A stretch of 64,000 nt of DNA from Chrysomallon squamiferum (taxonomy: Eukaryota; Animalia; Mollusca), in contig CM022671.1 in assembly GCA_012295275.1 (NCBI GenBank), positions 8,928,001 to 8,992,000 on the forward strand. The letters run 5' to 3'. Below, piece after piece: positions 1 through 12,800 of this stretch (position 1 is the stretch's first letter; the number at the start of each line of letters is the position of its first letter). The notes beneath the pieces are model-generated. The model was not told the origin of the DNA. It saw only the letters and a list, made by a program, of their open reading frames with translations, and did not search any database. A program made the translations under genes and the position numbers.

Positions 1-1411
1 GTTTTTCCTGCTTATTCAGCTTCTTGGTTGAAAAACAACAGTTCTTATTTCATTTCTGTAATGTTATGTTTGTCCTGCCTTTATCACACAGTTGTTTTTG
101 GCTTCTCATAAACCATGTATGTACAACATGCCCACTCAGTAGTCTAAATTTAGCTTTTAATTAAAGCCCATGACATCACTTGTGATTTATTGTGTCTGAT
201 CCCTGTGTTTCTTGGTTGTATCAGTTTATTGTTAGGAGTGGCAGGGAACATAAATGATACAACACATCCTTCATACATTCATGTTTTCTCCAACCTTTAA
301 AACAAATGCAAAATGTCAGTAATGCACATGTGAACTTGAAATAGTTGTAAATGAACTGCCATGACTTTAATGTCAACCCAAAGTGGTTTTAAATTTACAA
401 GAGTTGTTTACAAGGGGAACAATTCAGGGTATATATTAATTCACAAGAGTAGTTTTACCTTGTTGAGTGCAATAAGAGTAATCAGATACTTTAAGAAATG
501 AGATAGCCTGTATTATTCATTTTCTTTGTATCTAAAATTAAAAACAAACTGGGTTAAAAAAATTTCTTTCACTTTTGCATCTAAATTAAAAAAAAAACAT
601 TTACTCTCTTTTTCACTTTTGTATAAACATTTCTTTAATTCGTAGCTAAATAATAAGGTATTTTTAACTCCCACTTGTGTTTATAAATTTAAAAAAAGTT
701 AAAATTATTTTTCCCTCTTACATACATATATAGATACAACTTAATTTTTTTTCCAGACACTAGTTTAAATAATGATTAAAAAGTTAACTTTCACTTGAGT
801 GTCTAAATAAGAAAAATTTTTTTTTTTTTGGTTGTTGATCAATGCAAATTACATCAAAGAGGTTGCTAACTTCGTTCTCAGCTCTTGATGCAATATATCA
901 ACAATTACTGATGAAGAAGATCAACTTGTATGAACTTGTATTGATTTTGCTGTCTCCAAAAGTGATGCATGCAGTACTTGGAGTGATACGTTAAAGAAAT
1001 TTATCTGAGTTTATTTTTTTCTTTCTTTCTTCTGCATAGCACATATTAAAGTGAAGATTTTTTTAAACACAGGATTTCTGTTTTAGAATTTTATAATATT
1101 TCTTTCTTATTTTTTTGGAGTATTGTGTCTAGATATTCATGTGGTGTGTATATATTATATAGGTACAGTTACAAATACACATATATACACATGGAGAATG
1201 CCAGCTTATATCCATATATATATATATAAATATACAAACATAAATATTATGCATATATATATGCATACTATTTATGTTTGTATGTTTGTACATAATTGTG
1301 TGTGTGTTCTTGTGTTGTGTGTGTCTGTGTGCACAGGTAAATGTTATGTTATGTTCAGATTGTTTAAAAGGAAAGTTTTACACATACTTTGTTGTGTTTG
1401 ACCTGTTTTAG

Positions 1412-4400
1412 GTGGAGCATCAGCTGAAACGCACTCTGTGTAACAAGGTTATTATGCTGATAACAGATGGTGCTCCTGAAAATTACGAGGAAACATTTGA
1501 CCACTACAACTGGCCTAATAAAACTGTAAGTAAAACATAAAAATAAATGAAATAACTTGGAACAAAATGATATTAAAGATGATGAAATGGAAATACATTT
1601 CAGTATAATATATATTGCCAGTTATCTAACATATAGTTTCAAATTAATGTGTGGATGTAAATTATGATCAGTTATCAAGAAATCATTATTTCTTAGGGAC
1701 GTTCATTCAGTGTAGAGTTAATGAGTTGTCAAAAATAAAAACAAAAAGAGAAATATTTTAAGCTTCTCTAGTATTTATTTATTTATTTGTTTATTTATAA
1801 TCAGTACTAATTCATAAAAGCCAGCATATTTTTTTTTTTTTTGTAGGATAGAAAAAAAAATTAATGCAAAAAATTGAATAGTAAAAAGAAAATGATGTTT
1901 TTTATTATATTTAAACCATCATGTTAATAAACAAGCTAAAAAGTAATTAAAACATGTGTATCTAAAAATCAGTGACTAATGTAAACCTGAATTATTTTAA
2001 CTGATTTTAGATTCAATTGTTTACATTGATTTTAGATTCGAGTGTTTACATACCTCATAGGTAAGGAGGTTTCAGAAAATAGACAGGTGCAGTGGATGGC
2101 ATGTGCAAACAAAGGTAAGTCATTGTCTTTTTGTTTGATTCTTTTTGCAAACAAAGGTAGATCATTGTCTTTTTGTTTGATTCTTTCCTTATTCAAATCA
2201 TATTGTTACTTCTGTTTTGCATTTTTTCATTTTATATTTTTATTATTTTTATTTTATATTTTTTGTATTTTTTTTTTTTTTAAAAGATTTTATTTTATAT
2301 TTATTTATTTTTTTTAAAAATTAATTTTTTTATTTTTTTTATGTTTTTTATTTGATTTTTTTTGTGTTTTTTATTTATATTTTTTTTTTGAAATATTTTA
2401 TTTTACATTTTATTTTTTTTTTTTTTTTATTTTATGTTTTTTATATTTTTTTATTTTTTTATTTTTTTTTTTTTTTTTTTTTGTTTTTTTTTTTTATATT
2501 TTATATTTTTATTTTATTAATTTTCATTTTTATTTTATGTGTTTTTGCTTTTTATATTTCATTTTGTTTTGATTTCTGATATTTTTATTCTTATTTTATT
2601 TTTTATTATATTTTATATATATATTGGTATTTTTGTATTTTATGTTTTTATTTTTGGTAATTTATTTTACATTTATTTTTTTATTTTTTTTTATTTTATT
2701 AATTTTCATTTTTTATTTTATGTGTTTTTATTTTTTATATTTCATATTGTTTTGATTTCTGATATTATGTTTTATATTTTTATGCTTTTTTTTTATATTT
2801 GATATATTTGATATAGATATATATTTTTATATTTTATGTTTTTATTTTTTGTAATTTATTTTATAGTTTATATTTTTGTATTTTATATCATATTTTATAT
2901 TTTAAAATATTTTTTCTTCTAATATTGTTCTGTCTTATTTATATTAATATTTTTATCTCTAGCCTAAAAAAACCCCAATAAAATGAAAAGCTTTAAAATG
3001 ATTTTATATTTTCTCAATATACAAATAAATGAATGCTTATTTAAATACTATTTTAAATAAATTAAAATGCTTGTTAAAACCAGATACTTTATAAATCCAA
3101 CTTAAGCAATTTTTAAATAATAATTTGTATTGATTTCTTTTTTCTTTTAATAATTTTCATCATAAGCTTTGTTTTCAATGTGCTGAAAACTCTATAATCT
3201 CTATTTATTGTGCTAAAGTAAGTAATTTTGAACAGTACTTTATATACTGACATATTTTTCATCATTTTCTTCCAACTTTCTGTATTATATGGGGTGTCTG
3301 AAATCCAATGTATGTTTTTGTGCTGAAATTTAAAATATTTATTTTTATTATACAGGTGATCATACTCATATTTCAACCAGAGCTGATGTGCAGGAAAATG
3401 TCCAGGTATACATGTTAAATAATAAAAATTATAATAATGTTAAATAACATGGTTTGTTTAGAAATTTGAACATTTCAAGTTTAATCAATATTAAAACATT
3501 TTCAAAACAATTATTAGAAAAAGATAAAATAAAATTTTTAGAAAAAATAAAAAACAAAAATAAAAAAATAAAAAAAATAAAATAAGTAAATGATAATAAA
3601 TTAAAAAACATTATAATAATGTAAAATAAAATAAAATTAATTAAATTGAGAAAAAAATAAAAAATTTTTAAAAAAAACAAAATAAAATAAAACAATGAAA
3701 AAAAAAAATTTAAATAAAATATTAAATTAAAAAATAAAATAAAGTACTAATAAAAAATCTAAATTTTAAAATAACAACAACAAAATAAATCAATTAAAAT
3801 GTATGAAAATCAATAAAAAACTGTACTAATAAAAAAATAATAAATTTTAAAAATGTTAACAACTTTAACAAATGAAAACTAATTTTATTATTTTTAAATG
3901 AAACCTTAAAAAAAAAAAAAATTCTATCAAAATAGTTTCTTTTCTTAAAGACAGTTTAAAGATATTTTTTAAAATACCAACTCAAAATAAGATCTCTGAA
4001 CTATTTTTTTATTATTCCATTGCAAAATATGAAATTACATTTTTGCAAGAAAAGTTATCTATTATTTTCTGAAGACTTATTATTTATTTTTGAAATTAAA
4101 AAAAAATGGCCTTTAAAATACAAAAAGAAACAAATCCTAAATGTCAACAGTTTGATGTCAGCTAAAAACATTAATGTTTATTTTAAAATATAACTGTGTC
4201 AGAAGAATTAATTAGTAGAAATATATCATATGATACTACTTCATTTTCTAAATGACAGAATGTTTTAAAAAAAAGTTTTTTATACTGGGTTTTTTAAACC
4301 ATTTTGTAAAGTGCAAGAATATTTTAAAAATCCATTTTTAATTGAAATACCTTCTAAAATAATATGTTTTTGACATGCTCTGTATCAGGAGCTGAACTAG

Positions 4401-6588
4401 TTGTGTTTATAGGTGGTATCTGAATCACAATGTGTTAATGTTCTTGAATTTAAAAAAAAAAAAAAAATTAATTTGTTTATTTTATTTATTTATTATTTAT
4501 TTTATGCAATTATTTTTATGTTTTGCTGAATACTAATTTATATTGATATGAATTACAGTTTGAATAATAGAATTGTTTTTAATCTGTTATAATATATTGC
4601 TTAGAAAAGGATTATATTTTTTATTATTGAAATATGTATTGTTTGAAAAAATTTATTTATCAAAAACAATAAAGTATAAGGAATAGAAACATTTTTTTTT
4701 TTTTAAAAATACATAATTCAGAAATTGTTTTGTTTTCATTAACTGATCCAAAATTAATTTAAAATTATAATAAAAAGAATATAATTTTCTAAATTATGAT
4801 TAGTAAAATAACACACACACACACAAACACACACACACTCACACACACAAATATAAGACCACCAAAATATGTGAAATTTCAAAATACTCTCTGAATATCT
4901 TTTAAATGAAGTTAACTTAAGTACTTTTTGCTATAACCCATAATTTCCAAAATTCACGAAAAAACAAAATAATTAAAAATTTAAAATTTAAAACAAATAA
5001 ACATTGTTTTCTTCAAAAGCAATACATCAAGGTGCTGAGTCGACCGATGGTTCAGGAGAAGTACAGAAACACGATACTAACCTCCGTGTATCTCGACTAC
5101 CCCACCGAGCAGGACAAGATGCTGGAAGTCCCAGACGCCACTTTTAACCCTTTCACTGATCTGCTGGGAACTGGCGGAAATAAGGTGAGTTTGTTACAAG
5201 AGTTAACTTTATTTAGATGTTATATGTTCCAGATTGTATTTTTTTTTTTAAATAAGGAATTAACTGTTTTCATATTTTTTAATTTTTAAAAAAAATTTTG
5301 ACCTTTTTAAAAAATTGGAATGATTTAAATGATATAAAAAGTTAAAAATTGTTAATCTAAAAAGAGAAACAAAGATATTCCATTTTTTAAATTTTTAAGT
5401 AAATGAAAATAATTTCTCATACTTAGTTTAAAAGTGTTAAAATTATTTATAAATAGTGTATTTCATAGTATCCTTTTCAGAACTTGGATATATTATAATA
5501 GTTTTTTGTGTATGTAGTCTGTTTGGATTTTTTTTTTTTTTTTTTTTTTTATTTAATAGATTTTTATAAATCTAAAAGGTAAAGAAGGGCATTTCAGTGT
5601 ACATAATTTTGAAATAAAAAGAATTTAGAAACAATATATACAATTAACTAGAACATGGATTTGAAACAGAAAATGTTAGCAAGTCTAAATACAGTATAAT
5701 TTACCATTAAATAACACAACATGACATGGATATAAAATATAAATGACAAACATAGTATTTCAAATTAATAACTTAACAGTATTTTAATAAATGAATAAAA
5801 TACACATATCATGACATTTTAATAACATAATTTTAATAAATTAACAACCTAACTATTTTAACAAGTAACTAATACACAAGAGAAGTATCAGGTGACCGAT
5901 GTATGTAATTATTGTAACAAATGATGTAATTTTGCAGGGGCTGGGTTTAATGATGTCAGTTGCGATGCCAGTGTTCGACAGAAGAGAGTATGCACCTCCT
6001 TCCCCTGAATCTAAGGTATAATTTTTAATAAAAGTTTTATTCAAAACAATGTAAATATTTGATTATTCAACAGAATACAAAATGGAAAAAAAAAAAAAAC
6101 ATTTGTTCTAATTTTATGATCTTAATATGAGATTATAAAAAATAAAAATATATATAATTGTTTTATCTTTTTTGAATGTTTTTTATTTTTTCCAATTTGA
6201 ATTCTGTTGAATAATTAAATATTTACATTGTTTTGAACAAAACTTTTATATTGTTAATTATTTAATATTTTAATAACACTCCTTTATAGCTTAATTAAAA
6301 AATAATATTTTTCTAATTGCACTATATTATTATCAGCATCATCAGCAGGATTATTATTATTGTTATTGTTGTTATCATTACCATTATTATTAGTAGTAAA
6401 AATAATTATAATAATAATTTTATCTTCATCATCTTTATTAGCAATACCATATTTATATCATCATTCTTGTTACCATCATCATTATTACTATTGTATATTA
6501 TTATTAATATTATTACTATTGTTATTATTATTGACATTATTAGTATTGTTTATTATTATATTTATCATCATCATCGTCATCATCATCC

Positions 6589-6637
<49 letters not shown>

Positions 6638-6694
6638 TATTATTTTTGACATTATTAGTATTGTTTATTATTTATATTTATTATCATCATCATC

Positions 6695-6729
<35 letters not shown>

Positions 6730-6734
6730 CATCA

Positions 6735-6795
<61 letters not shown>

Positions 6796-6815
6796 CATTA
6801 TTATTATTATTATCA

Positions 6816-6870
<55 letters not shown>

Positions 6871-9800
6871 GATTATTATTAATATGATTGTGTTGTTGTA
6901 GAAAGACAAAGAACCGGAGAGTCCAGTTGAAAACTTGCTAGGTGTTGCAGGGACTGATATCAGCATTTACGACTTGATGAAACGCATTCCTATGTACAAG
7001 GTGAATCAATGACTTAAATGTATTAGCAGTTGTGTTAAAAAGTTATCTAATTCTTTAGAACTTCCAAGTTGTTATTTTACTGTTTTTGTGTACTATGATA
7101 GCAAAGTATGACAGTAAAATAATAGTATTACAAAACATTTAAAAATTTTTTTTTTAAAATTGAAGTTCATGATATCGTTGTGTATATGGCAGACTGATAG
7201 TTTTTCTCACAGAACTAGAAGAAACATTAAAGAAAATCTATCTGCTCTGTACATTATGTTGTCTCAACTACAGAAAACCAGCAGTGCTCAGATATTTTTA
7301 AACTGTACTCTTTTGTTGTTATAGTTTGGATAGCAAAACAAAACCAAACCAAAAAAACCTCCTTAAAATCTAATGAACAAATAAAACCAATTAAAAATAT
7401 TTCAGACTATAGTAGATTACACTTCTTTATAATCATAAAAAATAAACTTAATGAAAAAGTGCATTTTTACATGTATTCTAACAGAGTTCATAGTATAATC
7501 TATTATTAATCAAATAAAACTCATACTATTTTTTTTATATTCATTAGACTTCATTGGAAAAAAAATCTTACATAAAAACTAGTTAATTATAATATAACAG
7601 TTCTTACATAAACTGATTGATAATCCATTTTCCAGAATCTGACACTGAGATATTGCAGTTGTAGACATTTTCAAACTTTAATGGTATATTTTGTTTGTTT
7701 TATATATATTTTAGTATTAATTATCACATTCAAATGCAAATGTGTAATTTACAAATTATTAACTGAATATCTTGCTGGTTCATTAGTTCAGTTTCTTTGT
7801 GATGAAATGAATTTAATATGAGATTAAACTGTTTTTCAGCTAGGTGTCAATGGATATGCTTTTGCCATCACAGACAATGGATATATTATCTTTCATCCTG
7901 ATTTTAGACCTTTGGTAAGTGTCAAAACATAAACACTGTAAAATTATCATTTTTGTTTATAATTATTCTTTCCTTTTCTTTCCATTCCTTGATCTCTTAA
8001 CCACTAAGATGCCAAACTAAAGTTAAATTATTAAAGTTAAGCTGTTTAATTGTTTTTGCTGTTTTGTTTTATCTAGGATATTGTTTTTTTTTATTGTGTT
8101 TTTGTTTTGTTTTTTTCTAGCTGGTAAAAGAGTCTCCTGCAATGTTTGGTAAGCCTAGTAGATTACACGCCAAACCAAACTACAACAGCGTTGACCTCAC
8201 AGAAGTTGAGTTAGCTGTAGATCCACTGAGAGTTCAAGAGGTGAGTCCCATACCCATTACAGTTACCATCATCATCGTCATCATCATCATCATTGTCATT
8301 TTCATGTTCATTATAATTACCATCATCAATACCATATCATAACTGTCATTATAATCAATTATCATTAATATTATCATTATTGTAATCTTTCTAGTTGAGA
8401 AGTTTAATGCTGGATCCTCAGTCAGGTGGGCTACAGATGAACATAACCTATCACTATGACAACTTGGTAAGTATTAACAGTGTAAAACTCAAACAATCAT
8501 AACCAAACTGCAAATGAAAATAGAGTCAGCAAGTTAGTGAAATAAGTAGTACCACACACCAGGCAGCAAATAAAACATGAATTAGAAAGTTAATGAAAAT
8601 TAATGTTCCTTTAAGGGATTATAATCAAACAGCAAATGAAAACAGAGTTAACAAGTTAGTATTAATTAGCAATACTGATACTGTAGATCTGGCTGGAGAA
8701 AATCTGAACATAATAAATCACTGCATTCCTGGTGGAACATCATTAGATATTTTAAAATTTAAATAAGTTTTAATAAACATTTATTTTATACATATTTGTA
8801 TTCTTAAATACTGCTAAATATAAATATTATTTATTTATTTATTTATTTACTTTTCAGAAGCGTGTTAGACTGCGGGGAAATCAGTATTATTACAACACTA
8901 TTTTAAACAGATTCAGGTATCTTCATTCCTCTGTTTCAAAACTGTTTTTACTGTTATCATCATTCTACAAGTAAATAGTATTAATAACAGTAAATGTATA
9001 TGTAACTCTGTGTATTAATAGTCTGTGTGCATGTTATACATTTCATTGAGAAATAGAGTAATTTAAATACATGTGTGTATTTGTAAGTCATTATTAGTAA
9101 ATTGTATACGAATTAGATAATTTCCTATAGTTTATAATTAATGTCTTTCTTAAAAAAATAATGATAAAATGATGATAGTAATAATAATAATGATAATAAT
9201 AATAGTCATATAGTAATAATAAAAATAATATGATAAAGAACAAAAAAATATTTTAAAAAGTGAAAAGAAAAATTTGGTCTTACTTGAAATGAAAACATAA
9301 TGTATCCTGAGACTGTATTGATTCCATGTATTTCACAGCTTGGCTTTTGTGATTCCAAATGGATATGGAAAGAACAAACTTCATCTTAAGGACACAGTAC
9401 TGACATCAGGTATTTAAGATAAATCATCTCTATGCTCGAAAGTTGCTTAATGTTTTATGTAAGTTTAGTTACAACTAGAATGATCAGTTCTGAATTAACC
9501 TCTACTTTTAGTTGTTATAGTATATTGAGTTATAACAGAAAACTGTCTTTAATTCATGAATAGTCTGACTTTATGAACAAAAAAAAAAAAAAAATAAGAA
9601 TGACAGTTACCTGTTTTATAATTTTCAAGACAGTATTATAGAAAAAAAAAAAATTTAATTTAATATCATTCATGTTATTTCAATTCTCGTAACATGAAAT
9701 AAAGAATACATGGTGGTTTTTTTAAATTCTTTTTGGCAGATCAGTTGTTTTTGGACAGTTATTTAAAAATATAAACTGTTATAATTAAAATATGATTTAA

Positions 9801-12800
9801 AAAAATTCAGTATCCTCCTTTTGACTTTAGTCAGAATTGTACATCTTCATGCAGCTCTTTTATTAAAATGATATGAAATTAATTTAATTTAAATGGCTAA
9901 ATAACCCCAGGTGAAATGTATTGATTAAAAATGAGTGTGTTTCAGAAGACTGTTGATTTTTAAAATTTGGTTTTAGATGAACATTACCTAAATGATGCCT
10001 GGATGTTTATTGCACCTTGGTAAGTTGATACAACAATTTTGTATTGTCTTGAATGAATGAATGAATAAGAGATGAAAACCTGATACACTTTGATTGAAAG
10101 GAATATTAGATACTGATGAATGATATATTTATTACACTCAGCAATTAGTGAAAAAGTAATTTTTTACAAGCACAATATATCACAAACAGAAAAATATATA
10201 CCAGTCTTTAGAGAATTAGCTGGCTGCATAAAGTAATGGATCCCATATTGTCTTTTTTTAATAAAGTGTGTGTATGTGCATGTGTGCATGCCAGCATTGT
10301 GTGTGTGTGTTCATGCACTTGTGCAAGCTTAAACCTATGTTTGTGTGGGTTAAGATATTCATTTTGTTATACACTTATTATCCAAGCTGACAGGTATGTT
10401 AGTTAGGTTTATTATATATATTAGTGATGTTTCTGAAGCTTTCATATGCAGATGTATAAGAACTTTATATTTAGACTGTATCTTCTTGCAGGGTGTTTTG
10501 TAAAAACCAGGAAACTGGATCAATGTATCAGCTAACCAAAGAACAACTTAGACATTTAATTTCAACAGGGGAGTTCAGACATTCCACAGAATGTAAGTTG
10601 TCAGTCTCTCATACATCTTCCATGCTATATAGCTATTAACATGAGCTTGACAGAAATTCAAAATCTTAATCATTTGTCCATTAGTCTTTTTATCAACATA
10701 CCTATCTCATCACTATATGAATATATTAATCTGTCTCATAAATATATTCATCTTAACAATCTGTTCATCCAATCCCTTCCATCCCAGGTCCATTCATCAC
10801 ATGATTGCATTCATTTATTCTTCCATTCATCTATGATTCCATTTGTTCACTGATCCAATAACCTCTTGCAAGTACTTTTTTCAGCATCTCAATAAACAAC
10901 TGATAACCATTGATGTAATCCATGTGTCATCATAGCTTGGATATTGTTAATTACTTCAGAATTGTAAAATCAAAATGTACACACTTGTATGTAAAACATG
11001 TAACAAAATGAATGATTTTGTCTGCAGGTGACCCTGATCTGCTGAAACACCTGATTCTCGATGCTAAGATCACAGACAACTACACAAAACTGTGGAAAGG
11101 TCTGGTCACAAGCCCACAGAGAGAAGACAGACAGTTCCGTGGGTTTTCAGTATTGTGAGTTTTTAAAACATTTTACACACAAATATATATATATAAAAAA
11201 TATTCATGATATAAAACTTTCTTAATTGTTATTGTAAAATTTTCTTCTTTTTTTTTTGTTGATTTTAAATCAAACCTACTTTTGTGGCCAGTTTTTTCCC
11301 TCATAATGCATATTATAAATCTGTATTAGAACCACCTGTGTCTAACAACTGCTTTTATCTTGTTCTTCAGTGGCCATCTAAGACAGGCTTCACATTGTTT
11401 TCTGAATTACAACATCTGTGTAACATTGTCTGACATTAGTAATTGTTATGTCATTCTTATTTTATTTCCAGAAATGAATATACAAAAAAATGCTTTACGA
11501 GATTTTGGAATGATACAATGAAAGAGAAATGTGTTTTCAATATCCATCAACAGTAAGTAAAGCTGTATCAATAAAGAAAGAAAAACATACAATATCAGTC
11601 TGTTTTAGTTATCTGCTGTTCCATACCACCATTAAAGTATTTAATTTTAATTTACAGTATTTTATATAGACCAGAATTCAGTCAAATATTTCAGTACTCA
11701 AGAAAATAGAACAGTATTTTTCATTTTTGGTATTGTACAATTTTTAATTCTTGCAAATATCAAGTAAACTTTACTTTACAACATTTTATAAATAAAATAT
11801 TTCAAAACTCAAGAAAATTTATTTCTGGTAATAAATATTATCTGAGTAAACATATGCTGGTAAACAGACACTGTATAAACAAAATAATGCCAAGAAGACA
11901 AAACAGATATACATTGAATGAATTTCACACTGTTGGATATCTCAATTATGTTTCAGGTATGGAATACAGCTTATTTTTGTAGGAACCAGCAGTGGCCTTA
12001 CCAGGTTTTTGCCTTTAGTTTCCATAGAGTTAATAATTGATCAGTAAGTACATCTTTGTCAAATTTAAGTCTTTAATTATGGCACTGAAAATAATTAACT
12101 GTATATATTTTTACTTATAAAAGCATACATATGAAGTTAAACACATAATGGTTTTGTTTCAGGGGTAGACTTTGCTTATAATGAAGATTGGTAAAAACGT
12201 ATGACTTGATCTTGAAAAACACTTGTTTCTTTTCTGTACAGTCACTGATAAAAGAAATGAAACAAATAATTAAAGTTGTTATAATTATCAAGATATTTGT
12301 TGATGTATCTATTTTCCTATAAAACTTGATGTTATGAGTACAAATAAAAGAAAAAGAGTGGCAGCCTCGATTTTTCTCTTTCTTTTTCTATAAGATTTGT
12401 TGCAATATTCAATCATATATCTGCCATAACATGTTATTGATTTTAAATATTAAAAATCTATTTTTTGTTGAATATGTGCTGTAAACACTTTTTAAAGTGA
12501 AAATAATACATCATATGAAGAAATTGTTGACTCTTTTTGTCAGGAGTTTTGTTGATACTAACAGAAGAACGATCATGGATCTGTATTACCAGAGAGCTGT
12601 GAATGGGTGGGAGGATGGTTACAATTACACCTTCCACTTGAGAAAACCTGTTGGTAAGTACTGTTCTGCTTATTATTTAAAAGAAACATAGCAGAATGGA
12701 AAAAAAAAAGCTTAATGTAAATAATAAGTATCTGAAATGTTGAATGAATGGAAGGACAAATTTCACAGTGGATGGATGGATAAATGGACTGCTACATCAG

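Noticed and set aside
849-1010. Possible intronic snoRNA (hairpin 849-893, ATATCA, TGATGA...CTGA)
   Set aside because: Boxes are imperfect, with no convincing terminal stem or second hairpin; such motifs arise by chance in AT-rich DNA. An Rfam or snoscan run would settle it.
2042-3695. Phe/Ile-rich membrane-like ORFs
   Set aside because: Low-complexity T or A tracts; only 2036-2114 and 3356-3405 are real exons.
6317-6966. Poly-Y, poly-L and poly-I ORFs
   Set aside because: Translations of an ATT microsatellite.
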